A stretch of 64,000 nucleotides of DNA from Candidatus Bathyarchaeota archaeon. GTDB lineage: Archaea > Thermoproteota > Bathyarchaeia > Bathyarchaeales > Bathycorpusculaceae. Positions 21,001 through 32,319 of this stretch are shown one piece after another. The stretch is taken from NCBI GenBank assembly GCA_963775685.1, contig CAVZJV010000014.1, forward strand, positions 1,024,001 to 1,088,000, given 5' to 3'. Numbering within the stretch: the stretch's first letter is position 1; each line of letters starts with the position of its first letter. The translations under genes and the position numbers were made by a program. The notes beneath the pieces were generated by a model. It worked only from the letters and a program-made list of their open reading frames with translations. It was not told the DNA's origin and searched no databases.

Positions 21001-21728
21001 GACTATATTACCAAATGGGCATAAGGCAAAAAGGCCATTTATACTTTTCTTTGAATTATTCACCTATCCGGGGGCTGTCAATGCTTCAAAATGGTTACAC
21101 ATCAGAATCATCAACTACGTCTGCCTTTGTTCTGTGTCAGTTAATGTGCTTCTCCGGACGGAGTTATGTTAATTGAAATTGGAACTTTAGAACATCAGAT
21201 CAAGAACATCCCTTCCTTTGTTAAGAATCAATAAAAATGAAAAAGGAAAAGAGCAGAAAAATGCTCATTTAAATTACTTATGGTTGCTTAAAATGTGGAA
21301 GATTGCTGCGTTTCTGCGGTGCAATTAATGTCAATAGCGAAGCTGATTTTCTCAAGTTTTCTTAGAAATCTGCAAGTTGAAGGGCACCATGGTTTGTGTG
21401 CAGGCAGATTTAGATGGTAATTGATTGGTCTTCTTTAGGAGTAACCATTAACTTAATTTCTTCTTGTTTTTGTTGTTTTTTGATTCTTTTTTTTTCTTGC
21501 GGTTTCTTTTGTAGGGTATAGTGAGTGTTTGAACGAAGAGGTTTTAGCTATCATTTTAGCGGTTTCTTGTTTTTGTTTTGTATGCGTTTTCTGAGTGTTT
21601 TTTTAGAGTTTTTTTAAAAGTGATCTGTGGAAAATTATTTAAGGTTATACAGTTGATATGAGTATTTTGGTTTGGAGAAAGCTCAGCGAGGCTTTTTTTA
21701 AGCCGAAAAGAATTAGGAGAAAAAAGAA

Positions 21729-24303
21729 ATGCAAAACAAAATAGTTTCTATAGCATTAGCTTCGTTGTTAATACTCTTAATGTCAGCTTCGATTTTGTTT
21801 GTTCCAAACGCCAGCACACATACGCCTCCGTTGACAATTCCAACTTGGGCCTACCTTAGTGTCATGCCAAATCCTGCGGGCATCGGTCAGGAAGCGTTTG
21901 TTAATTTCTGGATTGACAAAGCACCCCCAACTGCAGCTACAATCTATGGCGATCGGTGGCAGGATTTTAAAGTCACCGTCACAAAGCCCGATGGAAGCAA
22001 TGAAACCCTTGGACCTTTCACATCCGACGATACTGGAGGAGCCCACACAACCTACACGCCCTCGGTTTTGGGTAACTATACTTTCCAGATGAGTTTTCCA
22101 GGGCAAACCTTAGCGGGCAGCAATCCCCCACCAGCTGGCTACTCTGCGGCTATTTCAGGGTTGATTGGTGATTACTATTCCGGCAGCACAAGCAAGCCAG
22201 TAACGCTAGTTGTTCAGCAAGAACCCATACCTGGCGAGTCAACTAACCCAAATCCCATCCCCTCAACTTATTGGCAAAGACCAATATATGGCGAGAATTT
22301 GGACTGGTACAAGATTAGTGGAAATTGGCTTGGCTTAGCAGCGGTTGGTTTTACGAGGGCAACTGGCCAATATAACGCAAGTGGAAACTTTAACCCCTAC
22401 ACAACTGCGCCAACCAGCGCCCACATACTATGGACAAAACCCTTAGCACCTGGAGGCCTAATTGGAGGAGAATTTGGCGGCAATCAAGCCGGCGGCAGTT
22501 ACTATTCAACATCCCAATATGAACCTAAATTTGGAGGTATAATAATAGATGGAAAACTCTTCTACCAAGTTCTACCGGGATCATCAACTAACCCGGCGGG
22601 TTGGGAAGCCCTGGACTTACGCACGGGACAAGAATTATGGTTTAAGGACACAACTGAACCTTTGCTTTGCGGTCAAGTGTTAGATTACATCTCGCCAAAT
22701 CAATTTGGTGGCCTATCTTATCTTTGGAGCACTCAAACAACTGTAAGCCCCAACTATGGGTCTACATATGGCATGTATGACACGATGACAGGTAACTACA
22801 TACTAAGCATTGTCAACGGCACTTCATTTACATTGACGGAAGATGATGGTGGAAACTTAATAGGCTACTATGTCAACGCAAGTACCGCAAATGCATACAA
22901 GGCGCCTACGCTAAATATGTGGAATTCTACTCAATGCATCATCACTGGAACAAATGGTCTAGACCGCTGGCAATGGAGACCAACCCAAGATGCCAAGTTG
23001 ATTTCTCAAGAGGGATCATGTGGTCAATGCCTATAGCAACCAATGTTTCTGGGGCAACGTTTAGTCCAGGTCTTAGCATCAGTGCAGTTGGCGCAAAGGT
23101 ACTATTGTTGACTTCTACTCCGACCGCTTTCAGTGGGGGTCTATCTTGGCAACCGGGTTGGCGTATAATTGCGGGCTATAGCACCAGTACAGGGCAGCAA
23201 TTGTGGGGTCCGATGAATCAAACCGAAGAACCTTGGGTTAGGCTTGATACATACGGTATTTCAAATGACATGTGGTTTGAGTTTGATCACAAAAATCAGT
23301 TGGAGTGGCTATAACGCTAACACCGGAGAAAAGCTGTGGCAGTCAGATTCCTACAATAGTCCTCCTTGGGCATACTTTGTTAACTATAAACCCGTGGTTG
23401 CTTATGGCAAGCTCTATGCATCTGACTTTGGCGGACAAGTCCATGCCTACGATATCACAACTGGCAAACAAGTGTGGCAATTCTCCACAGGCTCTAGTCG
23501 CTATTCAACTCCCTATGGCATCTGGCCTCTCGTTCATGTTGAAGCTGTCGCTGGAGATGAGGTTTTCCTTTCCGGAGGACACACCTACAGCCCCCCACTA
23601 TTCCTAGGCGCACAACTATACGTGTTAAATGCTACCACAGGCGAGAAAGTTTGGAGTGTTCTAGTTTTGACGACTCTAACGCAGCCAGCGCCGCTATAGC
23701 TGATGGCATCTTTGTAAAACCAAACGCCTACGATAACCAGCTCTATGCGTATGGTCAGGGACAAACCGCAACTACGATCTCGGTTATGAATACTGTTGTG
23801 CCGGAAGGAGCTCCCTTAGTGATAACTGGTACTGTTACTGATCAATCTGAAGGACAAACCTGTCTTGGAATTCCAGCTAAAGGCACACCCGCAATATCGG
23901 ACGACAGCATGAGTGTTTGGATGGAGTACCTCTATATGCAACAGCAAAAGCCAACCAATGCAACCGGCGTTCCTGTTACCATAAATGTTCTTGACTCAAA
24001 CGGCAACTACAGACAAATCGGCAGCACCAACACCGACATAAATGGAATGTTTAGCTTTGTTTGGAACCCCGATATAACGGGCTCATTTACTGTCATGGCT
24101 AACTTCGAAGGCACAAACGCGTACTATTCCTCAAGCGCAGAAACATCTTTAAATTCACCTCAGCAACAACACCGATGCCGACCTTTGTCCCCGTCACCTC
24201 TATGGCTGACACATACTTTATTCCTGCAATCGTCGGTCTGTTCGTTTTAATTATCGTCGCGCTGGCGTTAGTAGTACTGTTGATGCTTAGAAAAAGACCA
24301 TAA
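21729..24303 (+). pseudogene. PQQ-binding-like beta-propeller surface protein, split by about 4 frameshifts
   Basis: ORF pieces 21729-23036, 22919-23314, 23244-23699, 23651-24250 and tail ADTYFIPA..LMLRKRP are colinear with the intact paralog at 53017-55740. Confidence 0.85.
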
Positions 24304-24319
24304 ATCTCGACAAAGATTA

Positions 24320-24340
24320 TCTTCCCTTTTTTTGGTTTTA
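24320..24340 (+). terminator. U-rich terminator after the beta-propeller gene
   Basis: CTTCCCTTTTTTTGGTTTT; equivalent pyrimidine/U tracts follow the paralogs (near 28100 and 52985 on the minus strand). Confidence 0.5.
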
Positions 24341-24648
24341 TGAAAAAGTATATCAGAACTAAAAAGAAAATACGGATCTTGTAGGGACAGGTTTAGGTAC
24401 TCGCCGTACCTGATTTATTGGAGAATTATGACGGAACGAATAATTATTAATTAAGTTATTATTTTTCGAAAAATGGTGATTTATAGGTTGATGTTTTGGG
24501 GCTTCCTTTTTTTTAGCCGAAACCATAGTCTTCGCATTTTCTCTAACGCCTTTAGTATTAATTGGCGTTCTTGGGTGGTTTGTTTTTTTTAACCCAGATT
24601 GGGACCGATGAATTTAAAATGGTTTAAAGCCAATTGTAGAGGAAAAAG

Positions 24649-24942
24649 GTGAAGAGTTCCAAGTATATAAAAAGAGATTGGAGGAACTAAAGCACTTGAA
24701 GAGAAAATTCAAGTGGAAACAATTGGAATCTTTGGTTCTTATGTTCGTGGAGAGCAAACCAAGAAAAGTGATGTAGATGTTTTAGTAGAGTTCGCAAATG
24801 ATGCGCATATAGGTCTTTTGAAGTATGTGGAGCTGGAGATTTTTTTAAGCGAACAGTTAGGTTGAAAGTATATTTAGTGGCTAAAGGTGGTTTGAAGCCA
24901 ACCCTCAAAGACCTTGTATTAGGCGAAGTTGTTTATGTATGA
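24649..24942 (+). pseudogene. Minimal nucleotidyltransferase (MNT antitoxin), multiple frameshifts
   Basis: Hand translation TIGIFGSYVRGEQTKKSDVDVLVEF...GLKPTLKDLVLGEVVYV*. Confidence 0.8.
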
Positions 24943-25040
24943 CTAAGCAACTTAGAGTTTATTTTGTTGATATCCTTGAGTCGATTGAAGAAATAGAAGA
25001 ATTCACCCGAAACTAACTTTTGAAGAGTTTACTAAAAAAG
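24939..25040 (+). pseudogene. Truncated HEPN/DUF86 toxin 5' fragment
   Basis: MTKQLRVYFVDILESIEEIEEFT..TFEEF, ATGA overlap with the MNT stop. Confidence 0.65.
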
Positions 25041-25365
25041 TACCGTTTCAGGAATTACGGTTTTTTTCAGTTTGGCTTTTCTTGACCACATTAGATTAAT
25101 CATTATGCTCCCGCCGTGTTCAAAATAGTCCAGTCTTATTCTGTAGGTTTGTCTGCTGTAAGCAAAATAGGGTTGCTTTTTTGATTCAGAGTTTGGGCGT
25201 GTTTTGGATGCGTCTGTGTGCGTCTGTATGCAGTTGGGTAAATTGGTTGAGGCAGGTGTTTTATTTGCCGTTGTATGAAGTTTTTTGTGGTTTTTAGGTA
25301 TTGATTCAAAATCAATAAAGCTTTTACATTAAAAGGTCCTAAACAAAATCGGAGCAGGCATCAAC

Positions 25366-25589
25366 ATGGCAAAACCAACCTTCAGAACAAAACGCAGCAA
25401 ACTTGCAATAATCTATTGGCCCCCTTCTTCATCTTTGTGCTTATAGCCTGCTGGAGCCTCCACTGTATAGGAAAACCATGGCACCAAATAAACCAAGCAC
25501 AACAGCCAACCAGCAATATGCCCACAAAACATGACCCAATAGAGCTTTTGGTGATTCCTCAGCAAGAAGAACAAATACAGGCAAACTAA
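25366..25589 (+). pseudogene. Small basic single-TM protein, 1-nt frameshift (paralog of 43214-43429)
   Basis: MAKPTFRTKRSKLAII / LAPFFIFVLIACWSLHCIG..IELLVIPQQEEQIQAN aligns with the 43214 protein. Confidence 0.65.
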
Positions 25590-25893
25590 GCCAGGGCTTT
25601 TTTTAAATCAACGAAGTTAAATTGTTTAAAAATGTGGGTTAATATGGTTCAGTGGATCCGGTTAAGTTGACAAATTCTAATTATTCAGATGTTAAGATTT
25701 TTTTAAAGTATCCTTCCGTATGCTCGCAGTCGTGGTTCTCAACGTGGTTATTTCGCGGCGGTCATGGGTCCCTGTGGACACTATCGTGAGGGGGCAACTC
25801 GAACCTTTTAAAGGATGAAGCCCACTAGCTTTTAATGGTTTATTCAGCAATAAATTTATTATAGTTAACCATAGTTTGCTATAGTGAGCTATA

Positions 25894-26127
25894 ATGAAAG
25901 ACGAAGATGTCACCACAATTCAACTTAAGAAATCAGTGGTTAAGGAGTTAAAAGGCATTCGGAAGTATCCAAGAGAAACATACAACGAAACCATTTTGAG
26001 TTTAATTAAAACTGCAAAAGAAACCAAGAAAAATAGGCAATACGATGAGTTTCTCCACAGGATTCAGCAGGCGAAGATGGAACAGTTATGGAATAATGAG
26101 GAAGATGAGGCGTGGGAACATGTCTAA
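25894..26127 (+). CDS. Antitoxin (RHH-like) of a MazF/PemK module
   Basis: TTIQL..LK..K.YPRETYNETI, C-terminal LWNNEEDEAW; overlaps the toxin start. Confidence 0.7.
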   Translation: MKDEDVTTIQLKKSVVKELKGIRKYPRETYNETILSLIKTAKETKKNRQYDEFLHRIQQAKMEQLWNNEEDEAWEHV

Positions 26128-26437
26128 GGCTGGGGATGTTATACTTGCAACTGTGCAGTTTACAGATACCGCTGAAGTGAAAGTCAGGCCGGCGGTGGTT
26201 CTATTTGAGGAATTGGGAAACGTTGTAGTTGCAGGTGTAACCAGTAACCTCAAAATGAAAGGAATACCCCTGACCAAAAGCGAAGGAGCCATAAAAGAAA
26301 GCGTCATAAAACTAAACTACATCTTCAGTATCTCAAACGAAATGGCTTCCAAAGTCCTCTTCCACCTAAGCAAGGAAAAAAAGCAGCTGATTTTTGATGA
26401 GTTAACCAAAAGGCTTGGAGAACTCAAAACTAATTAG
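26120..26437 (+). CDS. mazF: PemK/MazF family toxin
   Basis: GDVIL..FTD..KVRPAVVL..VAGVTS..ESVIKL. Confidence 0.85.
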   Translation: MSKAGDVILATVQFTDTAEVKVRPAVVLFEELGNVVVAGVTSNLKMKGIPLTKSEGAIKESVIKLNYIFSISNEMASKVLFHLSKEKKQLIFDELTKRLGELKTN

Positions 26438-26439
26438 GT

Positions 26440-26465
26440 TGGCGCCGGGGTAGGGATTCGAACCA
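26440..26465 (-). other. Isolated tRNA 3'-end fragment (att-like scar)
   Basis: Reverse complement GGTTCGAATCCCTACCCCGGCGCCA: T-loop, acceptor 3' strand and CCA, with no 5' half. Confidence 0.55.
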
Positions 26466-26538
26466 TGGGTCGGGTAGCTTCCGGTCAAGGATCATCGGGT
26501 GCCATAGCTTTTCTGCTTAGTATCTTTGTTGCTGGTTT

Positions 26539-26725
26539 CTAGTTCCTGTTCCCCAATTGTGCTGAGGGCTTTTCTTTAAGCATTTCTTTGAGGCTTGGTA
26601 TTGGCTCGACTATTAGTCTGCGGCTTCGATTTTGTAAATGACTTTTGTGTGGGCATTTAGTTTTGGTTTTTCTCTGATTTCTTTGGACGGGAAGAGCTCT
26701 CCTTTCGAACCCACGCGACTTTGTT
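26539..26725 (-). pseudogene. Degenerate AbrB/MazE-type antitoxin
   Basis: Shifted-frame RVGSKGELFPSKEIREK followed by LIVEPIPSLKEML. Confidence 0.5.
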
Positions 26726-26988
26726 GCATTTATCTGCCTTGCCGAATAAAATTGTATTTTTTTGTTGTAATAATCTTTGAGGCAGATTTCAGAGAAACTG
26801 GCAATTGCTATATTCAAAAATGGCAAGCCCAACCTTGATAACTAAATGGCTATCTTGAGAAAAAGATACGAAGCGTCGATGAATAAAGGTTCAATTGTGT
26901 AGGCGTTTTTTTGGCTGTTTGGGGAATTTGTTGTCTCGCTAGTAGTTTTATATTTTACCCAATTATTTGGGTAATAATGGTTGTTTGC

Positions 26989-27231
26989 ATGGTTGAAACA
27001 ACTTACTATAAAGATAAGGTGTATCTTCCAAGGCAGGTGCGCGAAAAGCTCGGGTTAGTTGATGGAGACGTGCTACACATTGAAGTCATCAAAAGAGGAG
27101 TTGCCAAAATGAGCATAATACGTCGGTGCGGTGCCTCTAAGCGCGCCCTTGAAAAGTTAGATAATCCACCCGATCTGGGCACCATTAAAGGCAAACTTTC
27201 AAGAGAAGAAATCTATGAAGACATTACTTGA
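26989..27231 (+). CDS. AbrB/MazE-type antitoxin
   Basis: KVYLPRQVREKLGLVDGDVL, C-terminal LSREEIYED. Confidence 0.8.
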   Translation: MVETTYYKDKVYLPRQVREKLGLVDGDVLHIEVIKRGVAKMSIIRRCGASKRALEKLDNPPDLGTIKGKLSREEIYEDIT

Positions 27232-27652
27232 CACAAACATCCTAGTTCATGCTTACAACAAGTCTTCGCCAAATCAAGAACAAGCAAGCAAAATCCTCAA
27301 ACAAGCCATGCAGGGCCAAATCCAGGCATGCCTCTCCCCTCAAGTGCTCTACGAATTTTTCGCCGTCGTCACCAGCGCCAAAAGAGTTGAACACCCAATA
27401 TGATCAAATGAAGCTGCGAATCTTTGCATCGACCTCTGGGAATGCAACGAGATTGAAAAATTGAACCCTTCCGCAAGAGCACCTATCGAAGTTTTCAAGT
27501 TTGTAGAAGAACTTAATCTGTCTAAGGCACAGATTTTCGATTGCGTCTTGGCTGTGACCGCCAAAGAGAACAGTATAGACAGCATATTTACTGAGAACAT
27601 TGCAGATTTCAAACCTTACAAATTCATAAAAGTAGTAAATCCATTTGTATAA
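27215..27652 (+). pseudogene. vapC: VapC PIN toxin with in-frame premature TGA at 27401-27403
   Basis: LLDTNILVHA, QVLYEFF, then in the same frame IFDCVLA, FTENIADF. Confidence 0.8.
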
Positions 27653-27653
27653 T

Positions 27654-28045
27654 CACTAATTTTTCCATCCAAGTTTCTATTTTGGAGTGTGTTGTCTAAA
27701 AGAAGAAGACCAAGGTTTTTTGCATTTTTCAGTGAGGGTGTGTTTTGGGTTGCTTTTGTTTCATAGGCTTTGGAGGGCTTTTTGGATGCATCTTGAAATG
27801 CCACGTTCCGTCTGCCAAAAGCTGCAACAAAGAGGGCTGTTATAGTTGCCATTAATGAGCTAAGCGTGGTACGGTTTAGGTGCTCGCCAACTCATGTGGT
27901 TAGAGAAAAATGATGATGCGCAACCAAAGTTTTGCGACGTTAATTTTGATAGGAATTAGTGTTTGATTGTTGTTGCAATCGTCTGCAGAATGCATTTGAA
28001 ACAACAACAACAACTTCTCTGGCGCCAACTGGCCCAAATAAATCA
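27654..28045. repeat. Dispersed non-coding repeat, longest copy, core GTTTAGGTGCTCGCCAAC (27874-27891)
   Basis: Right arm matches 33266-33445; left arm matches the reverse complement of 46393-46640 and part of 25170-25280. Confidence 0.8.
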
Positions 28046-28135
28046 AAATCTCGATAGCTTTACTGAGCTCGCATCTTTTAATTAAAAATATTGAAAGACT
28101 AAAAAAGGGGAAAGAAGGGGTTTATTTTAGTATTT

Positions 28136-30662
28136 TTATGGTCGTTTCCTGAGCATCAATAATGCCAATACAACGCCAATTATTGCAACGAATACGAACA
28201 GCCCTATGATTGCTGGAATGAAGTATTGGTCTGCGACCCATGGTGCGGTTAAAGCTGGGGCAACTGTTGGCTCTGGTTCTGTAACGGTGAAGAATGCTTC
28301 AGCTGAAGATGGGTAGTATGATGCGGAGCCTAAGAAGTTGGCGCTGACTTTGTAGTCACCTGCTATGTCTGGCGTCCATGTGAGGCTAAATGCGCTGTTT
28401 GAGTCACTTGTGGTTGTGCCGATTGTTCGTGTGTTGCCATTGGAGTCAAGAACATCGATTGATACTGAAACTCCTGTCGCGTTGGTGGGTTTAGGTTGCT
28501 GCATATAGACGTATTCCATCCATGCGCTTTGGCTTTCGTCAGAAATAGCTGGAACACCATGGGGGAAGTTGGCTGCGGGTGCTTGTTGGTTTGTACCGGC
28601 AGAAATGTCTGTGACAGTACCACTAATGACTATCTTTTGTCCGAAGGGTTGCACTGAAACGGTGGTTGAACTTGGTCCTTTGCCGTAGGCGTATATTTGG
28701 TTGTCGTAGGCGTTGGGTTCTACTAAGACGCCGTCTGCAAGGACTGCACTGGCTTGGTTGACAGTTGTAAAGCTGGATACGCTCCAGATTTTCTCGCCTG
28801 TGGTTGCGTTTATAGCCCATAGTTGTGACCCTTTGAATATTGGTGGGCTGTATGTGTGTCCTCCTTCGACGTAGACTTTTCCGTCTGCAACTGCTTCAAT
28901 GTGATACAGTGGGTAAGTGCCGTATGGTGTTTCATAACCGCTTGTTCCAGTGGAGAATGTCCATACTTCTTGTCCTGTGTCGACGTTATATGCGTGGAGC
29001 GTTCCGCTGAAATCAGACTGGTAGAGCATGCCATATGCCACGATGGGGTCGTAAGCTACGAAGTATCCCCAGGGATTGTCGTAGGGTGTAGTTGGTCCCC
29101 ATACATGTTCTCCTGTTGATAGGCTGTAGGCGTCCCATGTCATTGTTGGATGTGTAAATTCAAAGATTTTGCCGTCCATTGCTGGGCTATCCATTATTCT
29201 GGCGAATGGCACATAGGTGTGGTTTGTCGGTCCCCACAGTAGATTGCCTGAGTGTGCATCATATCCAACCCAAAGATCCCAGCCGAGTCCGAATCGGGCT
29301 ACTGGTGTTGAGTGGAGAAGAACGATGTCTGAACTCATAGTTAAGATGCTGAACTTGGGGCTAATGGTTGCGCCTTGATAGGTTGTGAGTAAGGGTGCCT
29401 GCATCTGTATGCCTTGGTCGAATGGAACCATTGCACCTTGTACGGGTCTCCAGTACCAATAGCGAGTTTCATCTAATCCTTGAATACATTTGGTTGAGTT
29501 CCACATGCATAATGTGTTGTCGGTGTTGTTGGTGTAATAGCCTAATAGGTTTCCGCCTTCATCCATGACGATTTTGCTGAAAGAGGTTGCGTTGACGATA
29601 TCTAGTATCCAGTTTCCGGTTATTGCATCGTATAGACCGTATGTGGTGCCTTTGTTGGGTTTCACCGTGGGTTCAATGCTCCAAAGGTATGAGAGTCCAC
29701 CGAACTGGTTGGGGGAAATGTAGTCGAGCACTTGGCCGCATAGAAGTGAGTTAGTTGTTTCTTTTGTCCATACTGTTTCGCCTGTGCGGATGTCTAAAGC
29801 AACCCATCCTGCTGGATAGGTGCTACTGCCTGGGACACTTTTGAAGTAAAGTATTCCGTTTATAACTATGCCTTGGAATTTGGGTTCGTACTGTGGAGTT
29901 TGGTAGTAACTGCTGCCATATTCGGTTCCGCCAAATTCGCCTCCGATGATACCTCCTGGTGCGAGGGGCTTTGTCCAGAGTACGTGTGCGCTGTTTGGTC
30001 CTTCAGTGTACGGATTGAAGTTGCCGCTGATGTTGTAGTATGCTCCGCCGTGACTTTGCATCACTGTTCCAAGCCAATTTCCACTGATTTTGTACCAGTC
30101 AAGATTTTCTGAGTATATTGGGCGTGTCCAGTAGTTTGTTGGAAGCGGATTTGATGGGGCGTTCATTATTGGTTCGTCTTGTACATATAGAGTGACTACT
30201 TGGCTTGTACTGGGTTGATAGTAGTCGCCGATAAATTCGTCGTTTGCGCTTCCGCCTGGAATTGGGTTGGCACCTGCTAAGGTTTCTCCAGGGAAGTTGA
30301 ATACGAAAGAGTAGTTTCCAGTTACGCTTAGGTGTGTAAACAGTGTGTGCTCCTCCGGTGTCGTCTGACGTAAATGGTCCTAATTTTTCGGTTGTTCCGT
30401 CTGGTTTTGTGACTGTTACCTCAAAGTTGTGCCATCTGTCTCCGTATTGGCTGGCTGCAGTTGGTGGAGGTTTGTCAATCCAGAAGTTTACGTATGCTTC
30501 TTGACCAACCCCGACGGGGTCGGGTTCAATGCTGAGGAAAGCGTATGTTGAAATTTTGAATGGTGGGTCGTGTGCGGTTGTTGTTAGCATTATGGAAGCC
30601 AAGGAGAGCATTAGAATTGCCGAAATCGTTATGGCCATAATTTTATGTTTAAAGTTTTGCAT
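28136..30662 (-). pseudogene. PQQ-binding-like beta-propeller surface protein, frameshift near 30325
   Basis: N-terminal piece 30099-30662 and main piece 28136-30166 are colinear with paralogs; ends ADQYFIPA-TM-LMLRKRP. Confidence 0.85.
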
Positions 30663-31099
30663 TTTGTTCTTTTCCTTTAATTTTGTTATGAGCGAAACAA
30701 AATCCTTAAAAATGTATGTTTTGCTCTCGTACTAGTTCTTTTTAATAATTTATATAGTTTATTGGAAATTGGGTACTGACGACAATTTTTTGATAAATGT
30801 TTTGATATAACACCAACACTTGGAATTGTTTGTTGTTGTTCTCCCTTTAAGAGATAATTAAAAGAAGAAGAAACGCTTTCTGCATGGCTGCCAACTTTTT
30901 ACTCTTTATTCTGCTTCTGCATTTTAGCTATCCTATCTTTTCGGTTTTTTTCCTCAGTATGCATGGCTTCTTCCTCTTTTGACTCATCGTCAAGTAGAGA
31001 ACTGTGAATTTCCCTAAGGCTTCCTTCGGGATACTCTAATAGTATTTTTTGGTAAAATCTAATGTCCTCTAAGAAAACGCCGTTAATGTAGTAATCAAA

Positions 31100-31360
31100 T
31101 ATGTAATCAAGTTTTGCTCTAGGTTGCAGAAGGGAAATCGATTTCAGATCTCCAAGTATGTGCGGTGGAAATACAAGCTTGAACCTGAAGGTTACTATTA
31201 GGGTTATAGAAGTATGGTCTTCTGTACAGGTTTTTTTGGAAAGAATGACCACAGATGGAAGAATCACTATTCCCAGGTGAATATGGTTTTGCTGCAGGAT
31301 AGAAATTTGGACCTTGCAGGCTACGCTATAGAAGTAACTCTAGAAGCTGTCTATCAGAGT
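31100..31360 (+). pseudogene. Degenerate tandem AbrB-like DNA-binding protein
   Basis: Fragments KFCSRLQKGNRFQISKYVRWKYKLEP and ERMTTDGRITIP..GYAIEVTLE in shifting frames. Confidence 0.45.
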
Positions 31361-31468
31361 GTTTGTCAAAGATTAGGAGAGTATGCTGGTTCATGGAAGT
31401 TTTGACAGAAGAGAAAATAGCTATTTCTGGATAAAAAGACGTTTGCCTCAATTAGATTTTAATAAAAG

Positions 31469-32134
31469 ATGTTTCATCTTCGACTGGGAGATTTGATGAT
31501 TAAGGGCATTGTGTTTGATTTCGACGGTACCATAGTTGATTCGATGGAGATGGTCTTTAACGCGTTAAACGATGCGCTCAAAAAGAAAGGGTTGCCGACA
31601 ATCGAAGTCGAGTTGCTTGGCCGTATGGCTGGATTACCGCTCGTCGACATTATAAGCGCGAAAGTCCATATAACCGAGTCCGCCGCAAAAGATATTGAAA
31701 AAGACGTTTTTGAGGCATACACTGCATTTTGCAGAACACGCTGCCAACTTCTACCGAACGTTGAAAGCACTCTGAAAACTCTAAAATCTAAGCAGATAAA
31801 GTTAGGTCTTTTGACCACAACACCAAGCAAACCGTTAGGGGCTGTTGTATCGAAATTTTCGCTAAAAGATTATTTTGACATTATGTTAGCTAAGGAAGAC
31901 GTCAAGAATAAGCCTAACCCGGAGGGACTCAACAAGATCATCGCAGAATTCAGAATAAAAAAAGATGAATGCCTCTACGTGGGGGACAGCCCTATAGATA
32001 TCTTAACCGGAAAAGCCGCTGGCATCAAAACAATTGGCGTGACCACAGGAGTAGCAACGATTCAACAACTAAAAGAAGCCAAACCAGACGGCATCATACC
32101 CGACCTGAGAAAGCTCTTAATTTATGTCAACTAA
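31469..32134 (+). CDS. HAD-family phosphatase (phosphoglycolate phosphatase-like)
   Basis: FDFDGTIVDS, LLT, KPNPEG, YVGDSPIDI..GKAAG. Confidence 0.9.
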   Translation: MFHLRLGDLMIKGIVFDFDGTIVDSMEMVFNALNDALKKKGLPTIEVELLGRMAGLPLVDIISAKVHITESAAKDIEKDVFEAYTAFCRTRCQLLPNVESTLKTLKSKQIKLGLLTTTPSKPLGAVVSKFSLKDYFDIMLAKEDVKNKPNPEGLNKIIAEFRIKKDECLYVGDSPIDILTGKAAGIKTIGVTTGVATIQQLKEAKPDGIIPDLRKLLIYVN

Positions 32135-32319
32135 AAAAAGGAACGGAACTTCGACCACATTCAAACTATACATGAGAGCGGGTAGATGACAAGCATCTAA
32201 GACTAATTTTGCAATAAGACTTTATTCTTTGATTGTTGAAGGAAAACGTCAATAAATTATTGGCAAACTTTGGTGATGGTTTTTTAGTTTTAGAAGTTAA
32301 TGTTCTATGCTTTGAGTGG

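Noticed and set aside
24687-24908. 73-aa minus-strand ORF
   Set aside because: Shadow of the MNT pseudogene on the + strand.
26440-26520. Possible complete tRNA-Ser
   Set aside because: No 5' acceptor strand, D arm or anticodon arm can be folded; only a 3' fragment.
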